In this document: positions 1 to 11,312 of the stretch, piece after piece
How positions within the stretch are numbered: the stretch's first letter is position 1
Layout of the letters: each line of letters begins with the position of its first letter
Origin: Wallemia ichthyophaga EXF-994
Lineage: Eukaryota > Fungi > Basidiomycota
Reading direction: 5' to 3'
Assembly: GCF_000400465.1 (NCBI RefSeq)
Contig: NW_008806287.1
Span: 60,001 to 92,000, forward strand
Length of the DNA stretch: 32,000 nucleotides
Position numbers and translations under genes: made by a program
Notes under the pieces: model-generated
What the model saw: only the letters and a program-made list of their open reading frames with translations
The model's database searches: none
Told to the model about the DNA's origin: nothing

Positions 1-1
1 A

Positions 2-226
2 AAAGTATTAGATAGTCTACAATTTGAATCACCTTTGACAGATTTACAATTTGATAATAGAAAGGTAATGATTTCAGGTGTTGGGGATGGTTTAGCTTTA
101 TATAACCGAGTTTCAAAACAAATTCAAGATCTTTCGAGTGATGATACAGTTACATCGCTTCAATATATAGATACCTATATGGTTACAGGATCATCTAATG
201 GACAAGTAAAATGCTGGGCAATTTAG
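2..226 (+). CDS. MDV1: 3' end of WD40 protein, Mdv1/Caf4 mitochondrial fission adaptor-like (5' truncated by window)
   Basis: Open frame from base 2: KVLDSLQFESPLTDLQFDNRKVMISG...YIDTYMVTGSSNGQVKCWAI*. The LQFDxRK motif and terminal 'Y.VxGxxDxxVKxW' repeat resemble the last WD repeats of fungal Mdv1/Caf4 (from recall, no search run). Confidence 0.65.
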   Translation, partial: KVLDSLQFESPLTDLQFDNRKVMISGVGDGLALYNRVSKQIQDLSSDDTVTSLQYIDTYMVTGSSNGQVKCWAI

Positions 227-347
227 ACTTGTTCCAAGACAAAGACACAGACATTTCAAACGACAAAGACACGTACAATCAACACAGCATTAATAAAATG
301 ATATTTATCGATATAAATGATATTTTATACCTATTTACTACACAGCG

Positions 348-943
348 ATGAACTTTCTGGTCCAAGCATCAACACGCAGAGCATTACCTGTATTTTCAAG
401 AAGCTTACATAGAACACCAGTGAGTATGTTTAGCGATGGATTCAGGGATGCTCCAAGGTTACAATACAAGGATATAAAGCCATTAACCAAAGCTCCAACT
501 GAGGTGAGTTGAGGGGAATATTGTGAGTATATGGCTAACATTGGAGTGTCTTAGGACAGGGTTTTGATTGGTAAGTGCATTTAAACCCACCAAACAACCC
601 CACCCACCAACTTCATTCAGATGTTCGTGAACCAAATGAAGTAATCCAGGGTAGTATTCCATCAAGCGTGAATCTGCCACTGTCAAACTTTGAGCACGCT
701 TTAGACCTCGATGATGCAGAATTCAAGCATAACTATGGCTTCAACAAGCCATCAGATGGGATTGATGATAAGCGTAACTTCATCTTCTATTGCCGCAGTG
801 GAAAGCGTTCAGCTACGGCATGTGATTTGGCATTCAGAAGGGGAATAAAGAATATCAACAACTACCAAGGCAGTTATATTGATTGGTTGGCTAATGAGCA
901 AGCCAAAGACAAAGCGGGTAAAGAGGAAGAGGAAGATGATTAA
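348..943 (+). CDS. Single-domain rhodanese / thiosulfate sulfurtransferase (Rdl1/Rdl2-like), probably mitochondrial, 164 aa
   Basis: join(348..503,555..570,621..943); introns 504..554 and 571..620 are GT..AG. Spliced protein has a presequence-like N-terminus (MNFLVQASTRRALPVFSRSL), RVLIDVREPNE and active-site loop FYCRSGKRS. Confidence 0.9.
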
Positions 944-1015
944 CATAAAGGTATTTTTGTAGACGTTGCAGCAATAATTGAATATTCAATTTGAATAAAT
1001 GATTTGAACAAAATT

Positions 1016-1683
1016 TTAAGCCTTCTTACCGGCACGGAGCTTACGAATGTAGAATTCGAGTTCCTTGCCTTCGAGGATAGAGCCGTCACAGCGACCAGAT
1101 TGACCAGGTCTAGAAGTGATGAGAGCGTAAAGACGACCAGCAGCGAATTGAGATTCGAGGAGAGGGTCGACCTTACCGGACTTCTTACGTTCATCTTGCT
1201 TAGCGGAGACGGAGTTTGATCTCTTTACGTTCTCGACTTGCTGGTCAGCTTCCTTGCGACCCTTCTTGGTGACTGGCTGGCCGTAGTGAGATTCATACCA
1301 TTGTCTGAATGGGTGAGCATCAATTTGAATGATAGCGCCCTTAACCAAAGTGTTAGTTCTGACCAATTCGTTGTTTGATGCGTTGTAGACAACACCAATC
1401 AATCTAGTCTTTCTGGTGCAGTGCTCAGAGCCCCAAGCAAAGTTACCAGAGTCTAATCTAAGAGCTCTGTGCTTGAGGTTACCACCACGAACTCTTACTG
1501 CTCTAACTCTCTTTTGGCCAAGACGAGTGTTGGCTGCTTGACGACCGAGCTCGTGGACACGCTTCTTACGGAATTGAGCGCGCTTGGCACCTGTAGCTGA
1601 ACGTTTGTGGAGCGTATCGCGAGTGATACTGAGAAAAGAGAAGTGAGAATGAGTTGAATAAAGAAATTGATTACTAACCCCAT
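1016..1683 (-). CDS. RPS8: 40S ribosomal protein S8 (eS8), 205 aa
   Basis: complement(join(1016..1628,1679..1683)). Reads [18 protein letters not shown]...[24 protein letters not shown]...[22 protein letters not shown]. Confidence 0.98.
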
Positions 1684-1686
1684 GGT

Positions 1687-1737
1687 CTATTCAACGCGTT
1701 AACTTGATTTATTCTCATTCTTAAGAAATTCACTCAC
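1687..1737 (-). other. Putative 5'-UTR intron of RPS8 (51 nt)
   Basis: Minus strand reads GTGAGT...GTTAAC...AATAG and ends 3 nt before the ATG; size matches other introns in the window. Confidence 0.6.
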
Positions 1738-1824
1738 TCTATGCTACGTCGTCGTAAGGAGAGAAATTTGATCGATGAAAATCGACTTTGATAACGAAAA
1801 AATTAAAAATATTTTAAAATTGAA

Positions 1825-2136
1825 ATGAGTGGTTATCTAGTAATAGGAATTGGAATATTATCATTAATTACTGCATTTCTTGCTTTTTATTTGACTAAAT
1901 CTGGTCCAAATCAGATGTGAGTGGTCGGATTCTTAGTGGGATTATTGGTGGCTTATTATGCACTTCAGAATTATACGAACATCCTTATTACTTACAATAG
2001 CCTGTTGTTATATCATGTGGGCTATAGTTTATATGGCTCAATTACATCCAATTATAAGTGAGTTTATTTAATAGTAACATTAATAGCAATTGCTTATATT
2101 TTTATAGCACCAAAGAAATCCACTAATGAAATATAA
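1825..2136 (+). CDS. VMA9: V-ATPase V0 subunit e, 69 aa (missed by ORF track)
   Basis: join(1825..1916,1969..2057,2108..2136) gives MSGYLVIGIGILSLITAFLAFYLTKSGPNQIIIRTSLLLTIACCYIMWAIVYMAQLHPIITPKKSTNEI. Two TM helices and the MWAI..MAQLHP.I.P signature. Confidence 0.93.
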
Positions 2137-2182
2137 AAAAACACTTGAAATTTCCTATACGCGTCTCTTTCTTTCAAATACC

Positions 2183-4069
2183 ATGTATCACAACAAAGAC
2201 ATAATAAATAAACTAGCGAGAGTTAGAAATAACATTAATACCGTTCAATCCAGGATCGACTCGACTGATACCTCCAATGGCAATAACACTCAACTCGACT
2301 TTCTACCTTCCTTACACTACCTATCCACCCTATCCACCCTATCACAACAACTGCACACCTTCAGATCTGCAGGTATTTCAACTTTTCAAGTAAACATTCA
2401 AAATGGTAAAAGAGAGAAATCTAGAAATGACATCACCCAAAAAGGTTTGGCAGTTAGAATTGAAGTATTTACCTCGAAAAAGTACTTGGAGCCTTTCTAT
2501 TTGATCATGTCTAGGGAAAAAGGCGTTGAAAATGTTATAAATATCAATCACCACACTATACCAAGTTTCATCGATATTGACTCACTTGGTAAACGTTACT
2601 TGGGTTGGTCAGATTACTCTTCTTTTAGCAAATATCACATTCCTTCATCTATAAACACTTGGGCTTTCATCGAATCTGTCCAACTTCATCTTACTGCTTT
2701 TGCTCAAAGAAGGCTACAAGCTAATCTATGCAAACAACATTTAAAATTCCTTGGTGAATCCCTAGAAATTATCGCAAACGATGGTTATCAGAACATTCAA
2801 TTCGAATGGGAAATTAATCCTCTACGCATTCAAACTAATCAAATTGGTAGGGGTCAAGACCTCGGTAAACTCCCCTACAAACGTAAAGTTAGAGTTCAAA
2901 TAGAGTTTACCAATCTTTGCTTCTCTCATTTGCACATTGAACGTCGTCAAAAAGGTGGTCATATATCTGTCGAAATTATCCTGAATTCCCTTCCAATTAA
3001 TAGCATTAGAGGTTATGAATCTAACCCACCTTTTGTCTTTCCACAACAATTTGAACACCTCTTTTGGTCTCGTGAACAGGCTTCTCAAGTGAACAATCCT
3101 TGGATGATGGACTTACATTTAGGCATATCTAAAGTCGTGAAAGCTATAAAAAAGGGTGACTACGTCGCTCACTTCCCTAAAACTGTTAGAATTCCCGTTG
3201 AAACTCCCCCACAACCTTATCAAGTTGAAGATGATGAAGTCTTGCCATCTGAACAATACAATCAAAGAATTGATAGAGTTCAAAAACGCATTGCCGTTGG
3301 CCCTCCTGAAGACGCTCAAGATAATCAGCTTTGGCTAGACACCGAACGAGCGTACGAGTCTTTCAGTGAAAGATGGCATAATTTACCTAAAGATAAGAAG
3401 ATTCAAAAGAATCAAGCTGCAAATCTCAACAAGTTTGCTCATAAGTTTGACGCAAATCTTAGAAAAACCCTTCCAAACCAAATGAAGGAGGTTAGAAATA
3501 AAGTTAACTCAGCTGAGGATTCTCGAGCAGAAGACGGAATTTCTCATTTCCTTTCGCCTGGTCCATTGGAGGGGAAGAGATCACAAGCATCAGAACAACC
3601 GCTATCTCATGACATAACTGCTTCTAGTCTCAAACAAGCTGAAGTCCCAGCAGAGGGTACAATGATTGAAGGGATACCAATGCAGAACAAACGAAAAGAA
3701 ACTTCGACTCAAAGAAGTGAGCGCAAAACAAGAACTACTAAAGCACGCAGGACTTCAATGCAGAAATATCTTGACAGGCTTAGAGAATCTAAAGAGAAGA
3801 AATCCAGTTCATCGGAAGAAGGCGAAGCGTCTGTACCGGCCAAGAAAGGGTATAAAACATCATCCAATATAAGCGAGAGAGGTCCCACACCATTTAGATC
3901 TCAATCGCAATTTCTCCAAGAGCAAGTGAAAAGCTTGAAGAGAAATCGTATCAGGAGTGAGAAACAGTCAATACGTAATAGAGAACAAATTCAAGCGACG
4001 AAAGAGAGACAGAAAAGCTCTGGTGCAAGAAATGAAAAATCCAAAGGTAGAAAGCAGCGGAAACAATAA
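2183..4069 (+). CDS. MCM21: CENP-O/Mcm21-family kinetochore protein with long basic C-terminal extension (628 aa from ATG 2183)
   Basis: Intronless. N-terminal coiled-coil-like segment, then RSAGISTF...LAVRIEVF...YLEPFYLIM...INHHTIPSFIDIDSLGKRYL, matching the CENP-O pattern (GIT.F / LG.R.E / PYY..L / HTIP..I.L..L...YL) as recalled. The track ATG at 2126 overlaps VMA9. Confidence 0.7.
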   Translation: MYHNKDIINKLARVRNNINTVQSRIDSTDTSNGNNTQLDFLPSLHYLSTLSTLSQQLHTFRSAGISTFQVNIQNGKREKSRNDITQKGLAVRIEVFTSKKYLEPFYLIMSREKGVENVININHHTIPSFIDIDSLGKRYLGWSDYSSFSKYHIPSSINTWAFIESVQLHLTAFAQRRLQANLCKQHLKFLGESLEIIANDGYQNIQFEWEINPLRIQTNQIGRGQDLGKLPYKRKVRVQIEFTNLCFSHLHIERRQKGGHISVEIILNSLPINSIRGYESNPPFVFPQQFEHLFWSREQASQVNNPWMMDLHLGISKVVKAIKKGDYVAHFPKTVRIPVETPPQPYQVEDDEVLPSEQYNQRIDRVQKRIAVGPPEDAQDNQLWLDTERAYESFSERWHNLPKDKKIQKNQAANLNKFAHKFDANLRKTLPNQMKEVRNKVNSAEDSRAEDGISHFLSPGPLEGKRSQASEQPLSHDITASSLKQAEVPAEGTMIEGIPMQNKRKETSTQRSERKTRTTKARRTSMQKYLDRLRESKEKKSSSSEEGEASVPAKKGYKTSSNISERGPTPFRSQSQFLQEQVKSLKRNRIRSEKQSIRNREQIQATKERQKSSGARNEKSKGRKQRKQ

Positions 4070-4153
4070 TAAAAATTCCCTTGTATTGTAAATTATTTTG
4101 TAAGCATATATTTAATGTTTAATAGTTTAAGATTGGTATATATTTAGCTCAGC

Positions 4154-4834
4154 TCAGCTATTTTGTTCAGATGGTGGAACATGTCCAGCCTTTTCAAAGT
4201 GTTTGACATGAGCGAGGAGTGTTTCCAAGTAATGGTCTGTGCTTTCTGGACAGATACGTCGTACGTGCTCTGCCAACTGATATAAATAATCCTTGTTAGT
4301 TCCACTCGGACCCTCGTGTGTGGCAATCAACATAGCAAGTTCATCGATAGGTTGAGGACCGACAAAAGCCGGATTATCAAGTCTTCCAACATAAATCAAA
4401 ACGTTTTCGAATGCAACTTTATTATCAGCGCCGTAAACGTGAATACGTTCCTCGGTGTAGCCGTTCTTTTCTCTGTCATCTAGGTACGCTTTTATCTCGG
4501 ACGAATGCTCAGGAGCTATCTCGTAAATGACACCCCAAACTTGGTCGTCTTCGGGAAATGCGTCTCCTTTGCCGCAGGGATGACTCGCTCCGTACATGGC
4601 CCACTCGTCGCTGTGTACGATTGTGCATACACGGCCGGGATTTTCAACTGTACCTCTATGGTCACTGCTGGACTGGGCAAATCTTCGAGCAAATCCTTTA
4701 ATGAAGCCAGGATAGCAATTAACATACTAACGTGGGTGGTTAGGAGCACATAGCACATAGACTATAGACTACAGACTAACATGAGGAACTGGTTTGTATA
4801 ATAAACTGCCATATCCGAATACAAATAAGCTCAT
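4154..4834 (-). CDS. GCG1: ChaC-family glutathione-specific gamma-glutamylcyclotransferase, 208 aa
   Basis: complement(join(4154..4726,4781..4834)). Motifs VFGYGSL, GFARRFAQSSSDHRGTVENPGRV, LDDREKNGY, GPSGTNKDYL. Confidence 0.93.
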
Positions 4835-4843
4835 TCCGGAGAC

Positions 4844-4860
4844 TGATTGATTGATTGATT
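4844..4860. repeat. (TGAT)4 microsatellite just upstream of the ChaC start codon
   Basis: tgattgattgattgatt read directly. Confidence 0.8.
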
Positions 4861-5209
4861 TATTGATTGTTGGTGGTGGACGGATTACAACCACGCTGGG
4901 TCACCTCAGCTGAAATGCATGCACAAAACACTCAATACTTAATGTAGATTATCGGCTAGTCGTCACCTTTCGGCGGTATATTCTGCGCGCAATACCCGCG
5001 ATAAATCCAAATCGGGAGCAGCGAACAGGGAACCAGAGCAAGAAGGATAGAAGAGGAGGTAAATTCAACAATGAATTTGCAACTTTACTAGCTTGCTTGT
5101 TTTCGCATTCGCTTTCACGTGCCGCGGTGGCGTGTTATCCCCGAAGACCGAGGAGAGAGGAGACACTAGACACGCGTGACGGCTATCAACCAACAACAAG
5201 ACAAGACAA

Positions 5210-6288
5210 ATGAAAGACGAACTGAAAGACGCAAATTTCCCAACCACAGCAGACAAGCGTGTGTATCACTTGGGTAAGTGTCAAGTGTGGATGCTATGCG
5301 TCCGCTTCAGCTTGTCGCTTACAAAGTCAAGGTCTGCGCAAGGGTGAAGTAGCCAATAGGATGCTAGTCGTTGGTGATAGTGGACGCGCTAGAATGCTCG
5401 CTGAGAATTTCGATACGCCCCCTTTCCATCTCAGGAGCGATAGAGGGTTCGAATGCTACACGGGAGTGTACAAGGGCGTCCCTATCTCTGTACATGCTAT
5501 TGGAATGGGCTTCAGCGCCATGGACTTCTTAGTGAGAGAAGCTAGAGCTTGCGTCGACGGTGATATGGTTGTCGTTAGGTGCGTCATTGTTGATTGCACT
5601 GAGAACCATCTAATTGCGGTTGTGATTACTACGTAGGATGGGTAGCTGTGGCAGTATGAATCCAGATGTCGGCGTTGGCAGTACAGTCACGCCAGCCGCT
5701 GCTTGTGCAGTCACATCGAACTACGACTATTTCACCCAAGACGACTACCCAGGAGAGCCCTATCTGATCAGTAAGCCTGTTAAAGCGGATGCGGAGCTCC
5801 ATCAGGCATTATTCGATACCGTCAGGCAAGCACACGAGTATACCTACGAGTCAAACCAAGACAGTGGTCCATTATGTCTTGGAAACACAGTAAATGCATC
5901 CGCGGACTCCTTCTATAGCAGTCAGGGCAGAATCGACCCCAGCTTCCCTGACACTAATAGCAGCTTGATGCAGAACATCATGGACCAGGTTCCCAATGTT
6001 ACGACATTGGAAATGGAGACACATCAGCTGTACTTCTTGGCTCACCTTGCTAACAAGCGTAAGGGCATTACTGACGAGTCAGCTCTTCAACAAGCTCCTG
6101 CTTCCCATGGCAAGATCCGTGCTGCTGCTGTGCAGATGGTCTTTGCTGCTAGAGCATCTCGCGCTTTCATTTCACCAGCTCAAGTGAAGCAGCTGCAAAC
6201 ATGGATTGGCAAAGCTTCTTTGGATACTTTGGCTGGTTTCGATATACCACCTCAATCAACCCAGAAAGATGGTATTTGGAATAAATAA
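5210..6288 (+). CDS. Uridine/purine nucleoside phosphorylase family (PNP_UDP_1), 320 aa
   Basis: join(5210..5273,5332..5578,5637..6288). Motifs DANFPTTADKRVYHLGLRKGEVANR, GDSGRA, GMGFSAMD, RMGSCGS, SADSFYSSQGR, LEMET. Confidence 0.88.
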
Positions 6289-6352
6289 TTAGAATAAAGA
6301 TAATTATGCATCGCGTGATCCCGAATTAATCTGATAATTAAGTTTAGAAATA

Positions 6353-7650
6353 TTACATTCCTGCTTCCTTGGCGTTGTTGTCGGCTTCCTTCTTGATGGT
6401 ATTCATGGCATCTTGAGTCAACACCATCGTTGGTGGGAGTGTGGAGATTGGTGGGAGGAGAGAAGCAGTTGCTTTGCGCGAGTTTTGAATGAGTAATTGA
6501 TCCATTATGACAATAGATGCCATTGCTTCTACGATTGGTACAGCGCGTGGGACGACACATGGATCATGTCTACCGCGAGCTTCTAAAACACCAGCCTCAC
6601 CGTTATACTTTGCAGTTTGTTGGGCTTGTGAAATGGTTGCTGGTGATTTGAAACCCATTCTGTGAAAAACATGTTAGTGGATGTATTTTAGTGATTAATT
6701 CATAAAACCCACTTGAAGTAGATGTCTTCACCGTTGGATATTCCACCTTGGACACCGCCAGACCAGTTAGTGGCGGTACCAAGACCGTTCAAGCCCTTGT
6801 TAGATTTAACAAAAGGATCGTTGTGTGCGGAACCAGGAACCTCAGTGCCTCTAAAACCGGAACCAATCTCAAAAGACTTGGTGGCAGGTATACTGAGCAT
6901 AGCGTGTCCGAGCTTAGCTTCGAGCTTATCGAAAACAGGTTCACCCAAACCGACAGGACAGTTTCTGATAACACAAGTGACAGTACCACCAATACTATCG
7001 TTAGCTTCCTTTGCTTTGATGATACGCTCAGTCATTCTTTTAGCTGTTTCAGGGTGTGGGCATCTAGTAGTATCTTTGTCAACATCTTCACGAGTGGTAT
7101 TTTCCAAGATGTGTCTGAATTCTTTTGAGATGGGTTCATCTGAATCTGTTGGAATGAAAGGGATGTGTTCTTTACCAACTGAGCTAACGAAAGCTACAAT
7201 TTCAACATTGTGTGCCAATTTTAAGTATTTTTCAGCGACAGCACCTGCAGCGACTCTACCGATAGTTTCACGAGCAGAGGATCTGCCACCACCAGAGCTA
7301 GCTTTAATCCCATATTTACCAAGATAAGTCCAATCCGCGTGACTAGGTCTTGGATATAAATCGGTCTCAGTGTAATCGTGAGGGCGCTGATCTTTATTTT
7401 GAACGAGTAAACCGATTGGGGTGCCTAGAGTGACGCCATGTTCAATACCAGATTGCAATTGAACAGCATCAGCTTCGTTTCTAGGCGTTGTGAGGTTTGA
7501 TTGGCCAGGTCTGCGTCTAGACAGCTGCGCTTGAATATCAACATCCTCAAGTGGCAATCCAGGGGGAATTCCATCGATTATACACCCAACGGACTTGCAG
7601 TGACTTTCACCGTAGGTTGTAACTTTATAAAGGCTCCCGAATGTGGACAT
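6353..7650 (-). CDS. ARO2: Chorismate synthase, 414 aa
   Basis: complement(join(6353..6659,6713..7650)). Motifs [59 protein letters not shown]. Confidence 0.98.
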
Positions 7651-7787
7651 TGATGGTGGTGGTTTGAAATGAAATTACAAGCTGAATTTGGTAATTAACT
7701 TGAAATTTACTTGAAAATTAATTTTAAATTTATTTCATTTTAGTAGAAATGTTATCTTTGAATATAACCGTCGTCATTAGAAGTAGA

Positions 7788-8659
7788 ATGATCTCAGCAG
7801 CACTCAGATTCAGCACCTTTGGTAGAATTCAATCGAGATCTTTAACCAAATTGGCAGGTAGATCTACAAATTCAAATGTTCCCTTGAAATTTCCAAGGTT
7901 TAATCAAAGTTAGTCATAGCCACACGGGTATATGCAGGTATGGACTAACAATCCACAGCCAGATCCATGTTCATTCAAACTGAATCCACTCCCAATGAGG
8001 ATAGTTTGAAATTCATTCCAGGAGTTCCTGTCATGTCCAACAACGGCACCGCTGAATTTACCGAAGCTAAATCTTCAATTGGTTCCCCCTTAGCAATCAG
8101 ATTATTCGGTATTGATGACGTTAGATCGGTTTTCTACGGTCCTGACTTCGTCACCATCTCAAAACACCAAGAATCTAAATGGAACCTTCTTAAACCCGAA
8201 ATATACTCCATCTTGATGGAGCACTTCTCATCTAAAGCTCCTTTATTTAGAGACGCCGCCGCTGAAGAAGCTGCTGGCCCTCAAGATACTAAAATTCTCG
8301 ACACAGACACTGAAATTGTTGCAATGATTAAAGAACTCTTAGACACTCGTATAAGACCTGCCATCATGGAAGATGGTGGTGATATCGAATATAGAGGCTT
8401 CGATGAGGTCTCTGGTATGGTCAAACTTAAACTCAAAGGTAGCTGTAGAGGTTGCTCTTCTTCCTCCGTCACCCTTAAATCAGGTATCGAAAGAATGTTA
8501 ATGCATTACATTCCTGAAGTCAAAACGGTTGAACAAGTTTTAGACCAAGAAGAAGAAATCGCTCTCAATGAATTCTCAAAGTTGGAGCAACGCCTTGAGG
8601 AGAAGGAGAATGACAAGAAGGATAACAAACAAGATCTCAGTCAATACATGTCTGTATAA
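7788..8659 (+). CDS. NFU1: Mitochondrial Fe-S cluster carrier Nfu1, 273 aa
   Basis: join(7788..7908,7959..8659). Presequence exon, then MFIQTESTPN Nfu N-domain and NifU domain with GGDIEY...LKGSCRGCSSS (CxxC). Confidence 0.96.
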
Positions 8660-8762
8660 TCTCACCATTTCTGATTCAATTTTGCTCACATTTGTATATC
8701 TCCTTACGATTTATTTTATTTGCATAGATTCATTTTAATTCACATTAATTCATTAAGCTTGG

Positions 8763-9476
8763 TTATTTAAACCATTTTATTATTTTATCAGTTGACTCAA
8801 TCACCCATTGCACACCCACATCGGATGCAATCCAACCAAACTCACTCTCACCAGCCTTCTGTAGACCATAAGCATGACTTAATAGTTGGGGTTTGACGCC
8901 GCCTTGGGTTCTCAAACAGGCCACAGCTATTATACTTGTCTCTACACGGCCGATTGGATTGTCTGGTGAAGGAGGTGCTAGTAATGCTGCGTAATGGTTA
9001 TCAATGATATACCTCCCCATATCTGGATGGTTTTGATTGAGGATATTTACCAGCTTTTCGTGGAATGGGTGATATATAGATTCCCAGAGATCCTCACCGC
9101 GTGCTTTGAATTGATCGAGATTTTCACTGGTCAAAGCTCTTGATTGAGGTTGATTAGATATTCTTTCCTTTATTATTTCAGGTATAACACCCCTTATTGC
9201 AGATAATGAGTTTATTGCTTTAGGAACGCCATTGAGAGTGATTGTCTTGAGACAGCATTCGCGTATAACGTGAGTTAGATTTGTAGCTTTATTCAAGTCA
9301 TCTGAGTTGGTCAGATTGAGTGGTTCTAAGTAAGATTCGTAGAGTTGAACCAATGCGTTAGGGTTGTTGAGTGTTTCTATTGTTGAAGTGAGTATGATGA
9401 ATGGTGAAAGATGATTGGATGGCGTGAATGCGTGGTTGATTGGTGGAGTATTAACAGATCTAATCAATTCTGACAT
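8763..9476 (-). CDS. AhpD/carboxymuconolactone decarboxylase-like fold protein (Pxp2/YJR111C-like), 237 aa
   Basis: Intronless ORF with RE..LK.....GVPKAINSL, RGEDLWESIY, HPD, SIIAVACLR, QLLSHAYGLQKA; pattern recalled from fungal AhpD-like proteins. Confidence 0.7.
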   Translation of the reverse strand: MSELIRSVNTPPINHAFTPSNHLSPFIILTSTIETLNNPNALVQLYESYLEPLNLTNSDDLNKATNLTHVIRECCLKTITLNGVPKAINSLSAIRGVIPEIIKERISNQPQSRALTSENLDQFKARGEDLWESIYHPFHEKLVNILNQNHPDMGRYIIDNHYAALLAPPSPDNPIGRVETSIIAVACLRTQGGVKPQLLSHAYGLQKAGESEFGWIASDVGVQWVIESTDKIIKWFK

Positions 9477-9676
9477 ATTGACTGAATTCAGTCTGGTATT
9501 GTAATCAATATCATTGATTAATGACTTAGTATTACTTGATAGGTACCCTACGTATCATTATAAACCATTGAAGACCTCAAGCAACTTGAAGAAAAATCCA
9601 CTTACGCCTCAAAGACATGATTCCTTGAATATCCCCAATGAGCAATTCAAGCAATTTGAGCAATTAATTAAACAAA

Positions 9677-11242
9677 ATGAACCTCAAACTATTTTTAATT
9701 CTATTCGCTGTTATTATATTACATATCATAATCACTCCCTATACAAAAGTAGAAGAATCTTTCAATCTACAAGCAATCCACGACCACTTGATCCACAAGC
9801 CAAAAAGACTTGATAAATATGATCATATAGAATTCACTGGGGTAGTCCCACGTACATTTGTTGGCAGTTTGATAATTTCACTTCCACTGTCTCTACTGAA
9901 AATATTCAAGCTACGTCTATTCAATTATCAGTACGCAGCTAGAATATTAATTGGTGGTATCAATGCACTCACAACGCAAATCATATTCGATGAAGTAGAT
10001 AGCTCATTTGATTTCAATTCAAACACCTGGATGACGCTCCTCACTATAACTCAGTTCCACTACCCCTTCTGGTCATCAAGAACACTGCCAAATTGTTTTG
10101 CACTGCCTTTAGTAAACCTGAGTCATTACTTCTACATCAAGTCATCAACTAGAAAGAATAACAAGTCTAGATATGCTGCTATATCACTCATTTATATCAC
10201 AGCTGCTGCTGTCATCTTTAGAATAGAGTTGGTTGCAATGATCTTACCGATGGTGTTTCAACTGTGGTTTAATAGACGTCTGAGCACCTTTAAGATTGCT
10301 TTGATTGGTGGTGTTACTGGATTGACAGCGTTATGTTAGTATTTTTTTTTTGGTAGGGTGAAGTCATCTAACACCGTTGTAGTCACTACTATCCTTGTAG
10401 ACAGCTATTTCTGGTCATCTAAACTTCTCTGGCCGGAGTTAAACGGATTATTGTTCAACGTATACAACAACAAGTCTTCTGAATGGGGTGTATCACCTTG
10501 GTACACGTACTTTCTAGCGCACCTACCAAAACTGCTGATGACAGGATTACCGCTGAGTATTGCAGCTTTATTACCAAAGTCTTCCTTCCTTCCCAACGAG
10601 ATAAACCAAAAGTTCATTACGATACACAACAAAGTCGCCTCGTTCCAGCCAGTATCTCTGCTATTCCCGTCAATCAATTATATATTTATTCTCAGCTTTC
10701 TAGGACACAAGGAGTGGAGGTTTATCATCTACACCATCCCTCTCTTCAATGCTTTAGCTGGGTTGGGGATGGGTCGATTGAATGATTTGTGGAAAATGAA
10801 TACGGTGCAGATGAAATTAATGGCTCTCGTTCCCGTACTTGCATTGGCGGTTAATTTCTCTGCTACTTTTCTAGTTACTGCGTTAAGCTCACTCAATTAT
10901 CCTGGCGGTAGTGCACTCAGTCAGTTCCATCACCTGGTTGCTCAGCAGCCACCATCTACTGTACACCTAGACGTACTAACCGCAATGACTGGCGCTAGTA
11001 GATTCGGTGAGCTGTACAGAGATGTAGGGTGTGATATTGGCGAAGAGAAGGTGTGCACTGGCTGGTCTTACTCTAAGAATGAAGATCATATACCAAGTGA
11101 AGCTCAATGGAAGATTTCTGCTGACACTGATGATGAATGGACGGTTGTCGATTCTGTCAGAGGATTCAAAGGTGTCAGTCTTCGTAATCTCAACATCGAT
11201 ATTGGCGAGTTACTTCATATACAGAAAAGGAAAACTACTTGA
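9677..11242 (+). CDS. ALG12: Dol-P-Man:Man7GlcNAc2-PP-Dol alpha-1,6-mannosyltransferase, 505 aa
   Basis: join(9677..10334,10383..11242). Motifs PYTKVEESFNLQAIHD, DHIEFTGVVPRTF, SRTLPNCFALP, LGHKEWRFIIY, SSLNYPGG, TGASRF. Confidence 0.95.
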
Positions 11243-11312
11243 TGCTTATTTGTAGACATTATTTTACAACACTGATTTGAATGAAATAATTTAATTTGAT
11301 AGATACTTTCAA

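Noticed and set aside
940-1219. Plus-strand ORFs of 84 and 71 aa
   Set aside because: Antisense to RPS8, with no independent signature.
2126-2182. ORF-track start of the 647-aa protein at 2126
   Set aside because: It overlaps the last exon and stop of VMA9; ATG 2183 is more plausible.
4970-5002. Imperfect inverted repeat (cggtatatt...aatacccg) in the ChaC/phosphorylase promoter
   Set aside because: Short and mismatched; consistent with chance.
6722-7327. 201-aa and 126-aa plus-strand ORFs
   Set aside because: Antisense shadows of ARO2.
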